DNA from: Macrostomum hystrix
Taxonomy: Eukaryota > Animalia > Platyhelminthes
Direction of reading: 5' to 3'
Length of the DNA: 64,000 nt
NCBI GenBank assembly: GCA_950097015.1
Contig: CATNEN010000011.1
Coordinates: forward strand, 868,001-932,000
Below the pieces are notes generated by a model. The model was not told the DNA's origin and did not search any database. It saw only the letters and a list, made by a program, of their open reading frames with translations. How positions within the stretch are numbered: the first letter of the stretch is position 1; the number at the start of each line of letters is the position of its first letter. Positions 45,173 through 57,955 of the stretch are shown here, piece by piece. The position numbers and the translations under genes are program-made.

Positions 45173-47935
45173 ATAGAGAGCCAGAAAGAAGAGGGCGGGA
45201 GTGAGGAAGCTGAGAGCCAGAAAGAAAAGGGCGGGAGTGAGGATCCTGAGAGCCAGGGGGCGGGAGTGAGGATGCTGAGAGCCAGAAAGAAGAGGGCGGG
45301 AGTGAGGATCCTGAGAGCCAGAGGGCGGGAGTGAGGATCCTGAGAGCCAGGGGGCGGGAGTGAGGATGCTGAGAGCCAGAAAGAAGAGGGCGGGAGTGAG
45401 GATCCTGAGAGCCAGAGGGCGGGAGTGAGGAAGCTGAGAGCCAGAAAGAAGAGGGCGGGAATGAGGAAGCTGAGAGCCAGAAAGAAGAGGGCGGGAGTGA
45501 GGAAGCTGAGAGCCAGAAAGAAGAGGGCGGGAGTGAGGAAGCTGAGAGCCAGAAAGAAGAGGGCGGGAGTGAGGAAGCTGAGAGCCAGAAAGAAGAGGGC
45601 AGGAGTGAGGAAGCTGAGAGCCAGAAAGAAGAGGGCGGGAGTGAGGAAGCTGAGAGCCAGAAAGAAGAGGGCGGGAGTGAGGAAGCTGAGAGCCAGAAAG
45701 AAGAGGGCGGGAGTGAGGAAGCTGAGAGCCAGAAAGAAGAGGGCGGGAGTGAGGAAGCTGAGAGCCAGAAAGAAGAGGGCGGGAGTGAGGAAGCTGAGAG
45801 CCAGAAAGAAGAGGGCGGGAGTGAGGAAGCTGAGAGCCAGAAAGAAGAGGGCGGGAGTGAGGATGCTGAGAGCCAGAGGGCGGGAGTGAGGAAGCTGAGA
45901 GCCAGAAAGAAGAGGGCGGGAGTGAGGAAGCTGAGAGCCAGAAAGAAGAGGGCGGAAGTGAGGAAGCTGAGAGCCAGAAAGAAGAGGGCGGGAGTGAGGA
46001 AGCTGAGAGCCAGAAAGAAGAGGGCGGAAGTGAGGAAGCTGAGAGCCAGAAAGAAGAGGGCGGGAGTGAGGAAGCTGAGAGCCAGAAAGAAGAGGGCGAG
46101 AGTGAGGAAGCTGAGAGCCAGAAAGAAGAGGGCGGGAGTGAGGATGCTGAGAGCCAGAGGGCGGGAGTGAGGAAGCTGAGAGCCAGAAAGAAGAGGGCGG
46201 GAGTGAGGAAGCTGAGAGCCAGAAAGAAGAGGGCGGGAGTGAGGAAGCTGAGAGCCAGAAAGAAGAGGGCGGAAGTGAGGAAGCTGAGAGCCAGAAAGAA
46301 GAGGGCGGGAGTGAGGAAGCTGAGAGCCAGAAAGAAGAGGGCGGAAGTGAGGAAGCTGAGAGCCAGAAAGAAGAGGGCGGGAGTGAGGAAGCTGAGAGCC
46401 AGAAAGAAGAGGGCGAGAGTGAGGAAGCTGAGAGCCAGAAAGAAGAGGGCGGGAGTGAGGATGCTGAGAGCCAGAGGGCGGGAGTGAGGAAGCTGAGAGC
46501 CAGAAAGAAGAGGGCGGGAGTGAGGAAGCTGAGAGCCAGAAAGAAGAGGGCGGAAGTGAGGAAGCTGAGAGCCAGAAAGAAGAGGGCGGGAGTGAGGAAG
46601 CTGAGAGCCAGAAAGAAGAGGGCGGAAGTGAGGAAGCTGAGAGCCAGAAAGAAGAGGGTGGAAGTGAGGAAGCTGAGAGCCAGAAAGAAGAGGGCGGGAG
46701 TGAGGAAGCTGAGAGCCAGAAAGCAGAGGTTAGGAGTGAGGAAGCTGAGAGCCAGAAAGAAGAGGGCGGGAGTGAGGAAGCTGAGAGCCAGAAAGAAGAG
46801 GGCGGAAGTGAGGAAGCTGAGAGCCAGAAAGAAGAGGGCGGGAGTGAGGAAGCTGAGAGCCAGAAAGAAGAGGCCGGGAGTGAGGAAGCTGAGAGCCAGA
46901 AAGAAGAGGGCGGAAGTGAGGAAGCTGAGAGCCAGAAAGAAGAGGGCGGGAGTGAGGAAGCTGAGAGCCAGAAAGATGATGGCGGGAGTGAGGAAGCTGA
47001 GAGCCAGAAAGAAGAGGGCGGGAGTGAGGAAGCTGAGAGCCAGAAAGAAGAGGGCGGGAGTGAGGAATCTGAGAGCCAGAAAGATGATGGCGGGAGTGAG
47101 GAAGCTGAGAGCCAGAAAGAAGAGGGCGGGAGTGAGGAAGCTGAGAGCCAGAAAGAAGAGGGCGGAAGTGAGGAAGCTGAGAGCCAGAAAGAAGAGGGCG
47201 GAAGTGAGGAAGCTGAGAGCCAGAAAGTAGAGGTTAGGAGTGAGGAAGCTGAGAGCCAGAAAGAAGAGGGCGGGAGTGAGGAAGCTGAGAGCCAGAAAGA
47301 AGAGGGCGGAAGTGAGGAAGCTGAGAGCCAGAAAGAAGAGGGCGGAAGTGAGGAAGCTGAGAGCCAGAAAGAAGAGGGCGGGAGTGAGGAATCTGAGAGC
47401 CAGAAAGATGATGGCGGGAGTGAGGAAGCTGAGAGCCAGAAAGAAGAGGGCGAGAGTGAGGAAGCTGAGAGCCAGAAAGAAGAGGGCGGGAGTGAGGAAT
47501 CTGAGAGCCAGAAAGATGATGGCGGGAGTGAGGAAGCTGAGAGCCAGAAAGAAGAGGGCGGGAATGAGGAAGCTGAGAGCCAGAAAGAAGAGGGTGGAAG
47601 TGAGGAAGCTGAGAGCCAGAAAGAAGAGGGCGGGAGTGAGGAAGCTGAGAGCCAGAAAGTAGAGGTTAGGAGTGAGGAAGCTGAGAGCCAGAAAGAAGAG
47701 GGCGGGAGTGAGGAAGCTGAGAGCCAGAAAGAAGAGGGCGGAAGTGAGGAAGCTGAGAGCCAGAAAGAAGAGGGCGGAAGTGAGGAAGCTGAGAGCCAGA
47801 AAGTAGAGGTTAGGAGTGAGGAAGCTGAGAGCCATAAAGAAGAGGGCGGGAGTGAGGAAGCTGAGAGCCAGAAAGAAGAGGGCGGAAGTGAGGAAGCTGA
47901 GAGCCAGAAAGAAGAGGGCGGGAGTGAGGAAGCTG
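45173..47935. repeat. 36-bp satellite AGCCAGAAAGAAGAGGGCGGGAGTGAGGAAGCTGAG
   Basis: About 75 units, with 26-bp deletion variants. Confidence 0.97.
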
Positions 47936-48939
47936 CAGGGTGGCAACCATGCACAGCAACGATTTTTTGTTTTTTTATGTTCAAGATGGAAGCTAGGCCT
48001 TTTGACATTGATAGCTTCCAGAAAAAACTCAATTCCTTCTCGTGGTGACTCGGAAGCAAGGACTCATTTGTCTTCTGCTAGGCTAATAATTTGGTATTTG
48101 GTACTGCATTTTTATATAATTGATATGTTTGATTTGATTCCATTGACATTCAGAAATATAAGCCTGTTGCCTGCAGTGTGTGTTGATTTGCTTTCAAATC
48201 AAATCAATTTGTATTGAGTCCGCTTCCTTTCTTGGTTTGGTCGTCAGGGGTTTTTGTTAACCGAGAAGGAGGCCCTTCCCTGCCGCAGCAGCAAGCAAAA
48301 CTTTTTGTATTTAACGAAAAGGTAAATTTTATTATAATCAATATTTTTCTACCTTGACAAAAAATAAAAATCGTTTAAATACGAGTGTACATTCTTTCTA
48401 GCAGATTCTTGTTTATGTATTATTTCTTGATTCAATTTTAAGTTGCTTGCCGCTGAAAACCAAGTTAAAGCCACTAAGTAAAGCACAATTATACACATGA
48501 AAGAGTTCATAAGCAATTTTTTTTGGTTTTTTAGTTTTTTTTTGGTTTTTTAGATTTTTTGTTTTTTTTAGATTTTTTGTTTTTGATGTGCGCTTCTGTA
48601 ATATAAAGGTGCAGATAATAGCAAGGCAATGTTTGACAAGCAGGCAGACAAAATGATTGTCGATACGAGTGCAGCAATGAGCATTTGTTAAGCATTTTGT
48701 GAATAAGGAGGATTATGCAAGCATATTTGAATGAAAGCAAAGTAAAATAAAAATGAGCATTTCGCATTGAGCAGCACAAATGACTATATAGCCTAATGCG
48801 GCAGTTTTATTTGTTAGATTAGAAACCGTAAGCTTGAAAGTGTGATATTTTAGATTAAAATATAGTTATGTTCAAATAGATACAATTAAATAGCGTATCT
48901 ATATGAGATGGCTTAAAAAGAATGATTTCCTCATGCTGC

Positions 48940-50072
48940 TCAGTGCCTAATGCGGCTGCGGGCATTCATGAGTTCATCTCGAGCCCAGATGAACCCACGA
49001 CTCCGACTGCCTTTTGCAAACTGGGGATTCGGCAACACAGCGACTTCACTCACCAGTGCAGGGAACTCATCGCTCTGGTCCGGGAAGACGAACGGCTTCT
49101 GTCCTCCGACCATCCAGCTCGAGATCGACTGGGTGCAAGCAGAGACGATGACTTGGTTCTCACCCAGGAGATGAATAACTCGACTCGGGTAATGCTGCCA
49201 GGTGTTCACACGTCCTCTGCACGTTGTCCGCACGGCGGCCAGCACCCAGCAGTTGAGGCTCAGTTCCGGTAGAGGCAGCGGCAATAGCGGCATGTAATGC
49301 ACCTCCGGGATGTGCGCCAGCTTGATCGGCTGAACACCTTGCATGCACCCATCCGGCAGGACCTCGGTTGGACAAGTGCTTTCGGGCTGGTAGATGTGAA
49401 TCGGCCTGCTAAGAAAATATGCTAATACAACGATTATTGGGTGATCGGCATATGTGCTGGGAAGCCTCATTTTTGTTAAATAAGTTTCAAGCGGCTTATC
49501 AAGAAAATTAACGATACTCTCACCATTGGATGCGAGTACTAGGCCATGCTTCTCCAAGTAGTCGCAGGTGTCTAGCCGAAGCTGGACTCCATCAGCTTCA
49601 GTGCCCTCAGACCGCAGAATCTGCTGAATTGAGTCAAAAAAGCAATTGCCGAATGAATCAGCCTTACCAATTGAGCAATTCAGTGACTTCGCCTTCGCAT
49701 CAAGCATCCGAAGTGCATCGTCGATACTGAGGGCGGCTGGGGTAGAAGCGGCTGCAGGCTGCTGCTCTGCGGGACTCGCGACTCGCATGGGCACTCGCCG
49801 TGGAACCGGAATCGGCTTCCTCTTTTGCAGCCGAGCAGCTTGCCGGGCACTCTTCGCGTTTAGGGCAGCTTGACGCTTCTGCGCTCTGGCTCTGAAAAAG
49901 GCTAGAGTGGAGCGGCTTGTTAAGTTAGGATGTGGTATGTCCTGGTAGACGGATGTTTTTCTTCTTTTAATAGGAATCGCAGGAGCCTGGCCATGCCGCT
50001 TCGTTGGAAACGCGATTTCCTGAGCAGTTTCCTTGGCAGCCGCTGACACGGATGACACCGGGCAGAATGCAC
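48940..50072 (-). CDS. Exon 3 of pogo transposase-OTU fusion: basic linker, OTU-like cysteine protease, unknown C-terminal domain
   Basis: Acceptor TTTTTCCTGCAG|GT is in frame with ORF 48940-50058. OTU motifs FGNCFFDSI, LRLDTCDYL, TYADHPII..LA..L.RPIHIY and EVHY. Confidence 0.82.
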
Positions 50073-50364
50073 CTGCAGGAAAAAAGGAAATGATAAAATA
50101 TATTTAATTGCAAAACGGCCAACAAGGCATTCAAAATTTAATGAATAGATTCTTTCGTCTTTTTTGACTTAAGGTTAGTGCATTAAGCCGTAAGCAAAAA
50201 GGCTCATAAACCCCAAGGCTCAATTAGACCAAATGGCTGAAAAACCCCGATAGATCAATAGAATCAACTGACAGAGTTCATTTGATCGGTGAATGCACTT
50301 CACAACTTAAGAGTGAGTCAAAGGAGTAAATAAATATATATATCATAATTTTATAATTTCTTAC

Positions 50365-51655
50365 CTGGCTGCTCCTCGTCACTTGATTCCGCATTGACCG
50401 CCGGAGCTGTTTCCTGTTCTTCATCCGCTGGCATTGGACTGCTCTCAAACAGGTTGTTGCAGCTGTCTGAGCTCTGCGGGTCAGAGGAGGGGTCGCCTTC
50501 GGAGCTGACGTGCTCGTCATCAGGCTGCTCGCAGCAGAAATTGCCAGTCAGTCGGAACAGCAGCTGCTGCAGTGTGCGATCTGCATCAGTCTGAGCCGGC
50601 TCGGTCTGCAGCCGTTCAAGGTAAGCAGCCCCCAGAACGTCCTCAAAGCAGCGCTCAACAGAGCCGGCGACCGTCTGGCACTTTCTTGAAATCTTGAAAA
50701 TTTTCGCTTCTGGCTGGCTAGATTGGCTCCCGCCAATGCTGCAGGCAACGTCCTGGATCACGGGTGCAGGTGCAGGGTCCTGGCGCTTGCAGAGCTTGTC
50801 GTAGGCCAGAGCATCCGGATTCCGCGGATAGATGCCGCTCTTCCTGAAGCCAGCGCTGATGTTCTTAGGAGTCGCCCGCTCCATCAGGACCTCCCGCAGC
50901 ATGCTGACGAAGCTCAATCTGCTGATCATGCTGCCAAATGCCACTTTCCGAGACCGGTCCGCCAGAAGCTCTCGCCAGCCAGCTTTCACCGAACGAAAGA
51001 CGGCAAGATCAAGCGGCTGAATGACATGCGTGGCATTCGGAACGAGGCCGTAGAGCACGACCTTTTGTTGCCGCAGGTAGTCAAGAACCTCCAGGGAGAA
51101 TCTAGAGTCATGCAGATCTGTGAAAAGGACAACTGGGCGACGGATATTGTGTTGTTCCAAGAATGGAACAAATGTTTCCTTTGCGAAAGCCTCAAATGCA
51201 TTGGCTGTCATCCAACCATTGGGTGAAAATGCATAGTGGCAATCACTAGGATAGTCAATCATTTGCTGTTGCTTTTTTCCTGGAAACAGAAAGCGTGGCG
51301 GTAAAATTGCACCAGCGCATTGCACGGTAATTAAAACGGTCGTGTGCTTGCGATCACTGCCGTGAACCTTCTGCACAACATTCACCATGCCCTTCTCAGC
51401 TAAAACTGAGTGGGATTTCATTGCCTGAGGCACTGCAATTTCGTCACAGTTGAACATGCGGGCCGGGTCCTGCAGAGCTCCATCGAGAAGGCCGTCGCTC
51501 TCGAAGTCCGATAGCTCTGTAAACCAGTTGCGGATCCGCCCTTCGGTGACAAGCGTCCGGGCTGGATTGACAGCCTGGGGTGTCCGGCGAGAAATGTCCG
51601 GGTGCCGCTCCAGGAAGCGATTTATCCAGCCATCGGACAAACCAGACTGCTTGAG
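50365..51655 (-). CDS. Exon 2 of pogo transposase-OTU fusion: DDE_1 catalytic domain, DD35D
   Basis: Acceptor TCTCTTAG|CTC; SDGWINRFLERHP, FNCDE, GWMT, LFTDLH, HVIQPLDLAVF, with 35 residues between the second and third Asp; donor CCAG|GTAAGA, phase 1. Confidence 0.9.
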
Positions 51656-51723
51656 CTAAGAGAGAATAATATTAATGCAGCAAAAAGTTATTAAAAATTT
51701 AAAATGCGTGACATAATTAAATT

Positions 51724-52197
51724 CAGGGATGGAGAGATGAAGGGATGGAGAGATGAAGGGATGGAGAGATGAAGGGATGGAGAGATAAAGGGATGGAGAG
51801 ATGAAGGGATGGAGAGATGAAGGATGGAGAGATGAAGGGATGGGGAGATGAAGGGATGGAGAGATAAAGGGATGGAGAGATGAAGGGATGAAGAGATGAA
51901 GGGATGGAGAGATGAAGGGATGGAGAGATGAAGGGATGGAGAGATGAAGGGATGAAGAGATGAAGGGATGGAGAGATGAAGGGATGGAGAGATGAAGGGA
52001 TGAAGAGATGAAGGGATGGAGAGATAAAGGGATGGAGAGATGAAGGGATGAAGAGATGAAGGGATGGAGAGATGAAGGGATGGAGAGATAAAGGGATGAA
52101 GAGATGAAGGGATGAAGAGATGAAGGGATGGAGAGATGAAGGGATGAAGAGATGAAGGGATGGAGAGATGAAGGGATGGAGAGATGAAGAGATGAGG
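51724..52197. repeat. 16-bp minisatellite GAAGGGATGGAGAGAT in transposase intron 1
   Basis: About 29 units. Confidence 0.95.
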
Positions 52198-52459
52198 AAA
52201 TTTCTTATGCTCATCCTTATACGTTTATAGGGGATATCTCAAAAGTCTGTCTGCATAACTTATTCAAATTTTTATCATAATACGATCTCATACTATAATG
52301 ATGGCCCTCTGATTATATTTCGGTGGGACTGCCATGCACCATACTGGGGCGCCGTGAAAGCGGAACAGTGAAGGTTTCCAGGGCGCCGTCTTTAGGGCGA
52401 GGCCAGATTTAAGTGAAATATATATATTGGGGAAGAAGAGAAACAAGCAACGAAGGAAA

Positions 52460-52840
52460 AAGCGGGTGAAGAGAATCTAGAGAGGAAGCGGTGAAGAGAA
52501 TCTAGAGAGGAAGCGGTGAAGAGAATCTAGAGAGGAAGAAGCGGGTGAAGAGAATCTAGAGAGGAAGCGGTGAAGAGAATCTAGAGAGGAAGCGGTGAAG
52601 AGAATCTAGAGAGGAAGCGGTGAAGAGAATCTAGAGAGGAAGCGGTGAAGAGAATCTAGAGAGGAAGAAGCGGGTGAAGAGAATCTAGAGAGGAAGCGGT
52701 GAAGAGAATCTAGAGAGGAAGCGGTGAAGAGAATCTAGAGAGGAAGAAGCGGTGAAGAGAATCTAGAGAGGAAGCGGTGAAGAGAATCTAGAGAGGAAGA
52801 AGCGGTGAAGAGAATCTAGAGAGGAAGCGGTGAAGAGAAC
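52460..52840. repeat. 25-bp minisatellite GAGAATCTAGAGAGGAAGCGGTGAA in transposase intron 1
   Basis: About 14 units. Confidence 0.95.
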
Positions 52841-52947
52841 CTATAGGGGAAGGGGATGAAGACGCTTCTTTTCAGGAACAAAAAATGAAGATGTGGGTCC
52901 TAAACGCATTCGATAGAAATTTGAAAAATTTTCGGCCTGTTCCCTAC

Positions 52948-53310
52948 CTTGGTTGCAGGTCGCAGGCCGCTGCGGTCCTCGCTCGCTTCGCTCAACTTCA
53001 CGACTGTTTGGGTCGCCTGTTGCTGCAGCTGCTTCCGAGTGATAGGAATTTGCTGCCGGGCAGCTTCCTTTATTGACTCGCTGAGCAGCTGCTCTTCGGC
53101 TTGGGTGAAGTACCGCTTGCATGTGTTCTTATTGCGCGGCCGCTGCCCATTCAGTACCTTGCGGACTCTGTCATAAAGTGTAGTGGTGGGTACAGAATAT
53201 TGATTAGCAGCATCTCGATAATTTATTGATTTGCCACTTCGGATTTGTGCTATCACATAATCAGTTGCTTCCTGGATTCGAACCTTCTTACTCTTCTGTC
53301 CTACGGCCAT
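52948..53310 (-). CDS. Exon 1 of pogo transposase-OTU fusion: psq-type HTH plus start of Tc5/CENP-B HTH
   Basis: YRDAANQYSVPTTTLYDRV and FTQAEEQLL..I.EAARQQIPIT; donor AAG|GTAGGG, phase 0. Confidence 0.85.
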
Positions 53311-53849
53311 TGTCTATGGTAATTATAAGTTATATAAATTGAAATTCTAATAAAATGTAGTTAATTTACTGTCTGGTGAAAATTAAATTGAGTAGGCCTA
53401 AAGCAAAATGAAAGCAACTATATAGGCTAGGCTAGGCTAGGTATAATAAGTAGGCTAGGCTATGGCACTATGTAATTATAAATGTATGTAAGCAAAATGA
53501 TGAGAAATAATGCAAATGCAAGATAAATTAAAAAAGCAAAAGTGTCACGATAGCTGATCAGATGTCTCCGAATGCAGAAGCAGAGTGCGCACAAAGAGCT
53601 TGAGAGTTGTTTGAGTGTAGTTCATCTTAGTATGCTAATCCTTGACTTATATTTTGAGGGGCTTGAAGCAATGAAGCAGCTTGGTGTCCAATGACAACGA
53701 GTCTTGGTCGGGGCAAGCGCATCCAATCACAAGCCGGCCAGGTTAGAAGCTGCGCGGCACCCCAAACTAAATTTGCGTGCACCCATCTCCATTGTTTCTT
53801 TCGCCATCTCCATCTGTCTGCTTGGCTTCTCCCGCTGCCCCGGCCTTAA

Positions 53850-54146
53850 CGCCCTCTGCCCACTCTGCCCACTCTGCCCACTCTGCCTAGGCCTACTCTA
53901 CCCATCCTCTGCCCACTCTACCCACTCTACCCATCCTCTGCCCACTCTGCCCACTCTGCCCACTCTACCCATCCTCTGCCCACTCTGCCCACTCTACCCA
54001 TCCTCTGCCCACTCTGCCCACTCTGCCCACTCTACCCATCCTCTGCCCACTCTGCCCACTCTGCCCACTCTACCCATCCTCTGCCCACTCTGCCCACTCT
54101 GCCCACTCTACCCATCCTCTGCCCACTCTGCCCACTCTACCCATCT
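53850..54146. repeat. 9-bp-based repeat CCACTCTGC/CCACTCTAC/CCATCCTCTGC
   Basis: Tandem mixed units. Confidence 0.9.
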
Positions 54147-56191
54147 TCTGCCCTCTTCCCCGATAGGATAAATTAATTTGCACCCTGTGCAATTTATTTA
54201 TTTATGAAAACTTATGTGCATCTTTTGTGCATTTTTAGACTTGTCAAGTTTCATTATTCATATTACTGAAGTGCAGTCAAGCAGGATTTCTATTATTTAC
54301 AACAGAAACAAAATGGGCCTTTGGAGTCTCAGAGTCAGCGTCAGAAGGCGCGGTGCTTCAGGTGCTGCAGGTGCAAGGCCTCCACCTGTATCCGCGGGGC
54401 GTCGGCGTTATTTGATTAAAAAATTAGAACTGAAAAAATAATCTAATTATTACTTAATTATTTATTACTTAATTTATTACCTAATTATTTATTACTAAAA
54501 ATGTACTAATCAACTATCGAATAATGTTGCCGGAATGAAGATGAAGTGCAGATAGATCTATTTGAGCATGTATGAGATTTTGGCCTACCGCATTAAATAA
54601 TACGAGTCGTATTCGACACTATTTTCGTTACAGATCGATTTCTGGAGGAAAGACTGTGGACGCATCTATACATGTAGTCGCAATGAAGTATAGCGGGCCT
54701 AGTCAAACTGTCGGATTCCCGAATCCTCCATTACAAAGTACGCAATCATATCACTAGGCATATATTCATTTTCACTATGGTTCACTACGTTTGAACCATA
54801 GACAATCCAAGCTTCCACTGTACTCTATAACTCGTATTATCAATAAAGCAAGCGCGGGGCTAGAAGAAAAAATTCTGTTACCATGCACAGCAGCAGCAGC
54901 ATATCTGTTTATTGTCACTGCCTGACACAAACCCTCAACTGTAGATGTACATGTACAAGTGTATTCTATATACACATCTCTATGAACATAAGAATCACAT
55001 CTAAACACATGTATAGTAAATGTCACAGGCCGTAACGCAACCGCTGCAGTGCTGCAATACTGCATGCGGCAGCCTCGCCCGGTCCGAAAATTCTTCATGG
55101 TCTGGTCGCAGGCATGACCGCTATAATTCTGCAGGTACAAAATGAAATAAAATGAAATGTACAAAAAATTGAAAAGAAATTATTTTGTTAAAAAAATTCC
55201 CGTTTAGGCGCACTTAAAAAAGAGAATATATATTTAGGGCCTACTGATTTCCACTTCACAGTTCCGAGAAAATAATTTGAAGCGCTTCTTCGCTTAAAAT
55301 AGATTGGTTGTGCATGTAATATTTCATAGTTTCATTTCCAGCTCGTATTTCCTGTATAGGCCTATACATTTTCGCGTGTACGATGATGTTTTTCGCAGTG
55401 CAGACAGCAATCCGCAACAATTAGGCCTAGGCCTAGTAAGCCTTAGGCTAGCAACAGTTTAACACTTTCCCTTGCATGCACCCTTTTTGCAGGGATGATT
55501 TTTTCTCATAATCCTGCGTCCCCAAGTGTGGAACAATGCATGTGCAGACCTGTCGCCTGTCTATATATATATATGGGATGTGCTAAAATGCAATCGTCCC
55601 TAAAATATTGTCGCAATTGGTATGCGTAGGCCCCATGCGACTCATATATTATGCATATCGGCCGTAGCCTTATTTGTCCCAACATTGCCTGGGGGAAGAA
55701 AAGGCCGATGGTTAAGTGGACAAGGCAAAGTAAAATCGGTTCAGGGTGCGAAAATGGAATCATTTTTATTCCGGCTTTTATTAAAGCCTCAACTTAATAC
55801 ACGCAATATTATACAGTGAATAAGCTCGTGGATGTCATCTCGGGCCTCATAATGTTTCGGCTCTCCGCATAATCTCGCGGTTTCAAATCCTTCGATTGTG
55901 CAACAGCTGTTATCATTGTGACTGTATGACTGAATAGGACTCACGGAAAACCATAATCCACATCCACGACCACGAGTGGAATCACAGCGGGAGGAAAATG
56001 GGAAAAGCAAACAACAAACTGAAAGAATCTGAAGGCTAAACTCTAAAAGTGAAAAAATTCGAACACAAAAAGACTTACTGCTTTATGCATATGTATCGAG
56101 TCAAGGTGTGAAAAGCGGTGGCGTTGCGCAAGAAAATTAGAAGCCATTGCTCTTCGCGACCCTTGGGGAGGCCCTGGCCTGTCTCCCAGGG

Positions 56192-56995
56192 CCTCACGTT
56201 CACTCATGGGGCCCTCCCGTTCACTCATGGGGCCCTTCCGTTCACTCATGTGGCCCTCCCGTTCACTCATGTGGCCCTCCCGTTCACTCATGTGGCCCTC
56301 CCGTTCACTCATGTGGCCCTCCCGTTCACTCATGGGGCCCTCCCGTTCACTCATGTGGCCCTCCCGTTCACTCATGGGGCCCTCCCGTTCACTCATGTGG
56401 CCCTCCCGTTCACTCATGGGGCCCTCCCGTTCACTCATGTGGCCCTCCCGTTCACTCATGGGGCCCTCCCGTTCACTCATGTGGCCCTCCCGTTCACTCA
56501 TGGGGCCCTCCCGTTCACTCATGGGGCCCTCCCGTTCACTCATGGGGCCCTCCCGTTCACTCATGGGGCCCTCCCGTTCACTCATTGCGCCCTCCCGTTC
56601 ACTCATGTGGCCCTCCCGTTCACTCATGTGGCCCTCCCGTTCACTCATGTGGCCCTCCCGTTCACTCATGTGGCCCTCCCGTTCACTCATGGGGCCCTCC
56701 CGTTCACTCATGGGGCCCTCCCGTTCACTCATGGGGCCCTCCCGTTCACTCATGGGGCCCTCCCGTTCACTCATTGCGCCCTCCCGTTCACTCATGTGGC
56801 CCTCCCGTTCACTCATGTGGCCCTCCCGTTCACTCATGTGGCCCTCCCGTTCACTCATGTGGCCCTCCCGTTCACTCATGGGGCCCTCCCGTTCACTCAT
56901 TGCGCCCTCCCGTTCACTCATGTGGCCCTCCCGTTCACTCATTGCGCCCTCCCGTTCACTCTATCACTCACTCAAATGGGGCTCCCCGTTCACTC
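56192..56995. repeat. 21-bp minisatellite CCCTCCCGTTCACTCATG(T/G)GG
   Basis: About 37 units. Confidence 0.95.
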
Positions 56996-57058
56996 ATTCA
57001 TTGATTTGATTCCAGTAGGCCTAGGCTCATCGTTTTTGCAATGCATGTACAACTAAAC

Positions 57059-57955
57059 CAGGGGTCGGCAAACTTATTAGCTAGCGGGCCAAAGAGAGAA
57101 CCTAAAATATCATATTGGGCCGCATTGACTGTAGAAATATGAGACAGGGGAGAGACACGAGGCAGGCGAGAGATGAGACATGGGAGAGACAAGACAATGG
57201 AGAGATAAGAAACGGGAGCGATAAGACATGGAAGAGATGAGACAGGGGAGAGACGAGACAGGGGATAAATAAGACAGGGGATAGATGAAACAAGGGAGAG
57301 ATGAGACAGGGGAGAGATGAGACAGGGGAGAGATAAGAAACGGGAGAGATAAGGAACGGGAGAGATAAGACAGGGAAGAGACGAGACAGGGGAAAAATAA
57401 GACAGGGGATAGATGAAACAGGGGAGAGATGAGACAGGGGAGAGATGAGACAGGGGAGAGACGAGACAGGGGAGAGATGAGACAGGGGAGAGATGAGACA
57501 GGGGAGAGACGAGACAGGGGAGAGATAAGACAGGGGATAGATGAAACAGGGGAGAGATGAGACAGGGGAGAAATAAGACAGGGATAGATGAAACAGGGGA
57601 GAGATGAGACAGGGGAGAAATAAGACAGGGATAGATGAAACAGGGGAGAGATGAGACAGGGGAGAAATAAGACAGGGGATAGATGAAACAGGGGAGAGAT
57701 GAGACAGGCGAGAAATAAGACAGGGATAGATGAAACAGGGGAGAGATGAGACAGGGGAGAAATAAGACAGGGGAGAGATGAGACAGGGGAGAGACGAGAC
57801 AGGGGAGAGATAAGACAGGGGAGAGATAAGACAGGGGAGAGATAAGACAGGGGAGAGATGAGACAGGATACTAGGTGTCGGAAGGGGGCAACGGGCCGGA
57901 TTTGGGAGCTTCGAGGGCCGCATCTGGCCCGCGGGCTGGAGTTTGCCGACCCCTG
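57059..57955. mobile_element. Non-autonomous hAT (Charlie-like) MITE with an internal 16-bp minisatellite
   Basis: Perfect 16-bp TIR CAGGGGTCGGCAAACT / AGTTTGCCGACCCCTG, 8-bp TSD AACTAAAC at 57051-57058 and 57956-57963, subterminal GCGGGCC-type motifs. Confidence 0.95.

Noticed and set aside
45133-48059. 937- and 965-aa minus-strand ORFs and R/K-rich plus-strand ORFs
   Set aside because: Translations of a 36-bp satellite lacking stops on one strand. 26-bp deletion units shift frames, and there is no unique domain.
48000-54600. Terminal inverted repeats for the pogo-OTU element
   Set aside because: No convincing TIR pair with a TA TSD found by eye on both sides of the gene, so mobility is unproven.
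54775-55164. 129-aa minus-strand ORF with an acceptor-like site at about 55134
   Set aside because: No recognisable domain; it may be a UTR exon but is unsupported.
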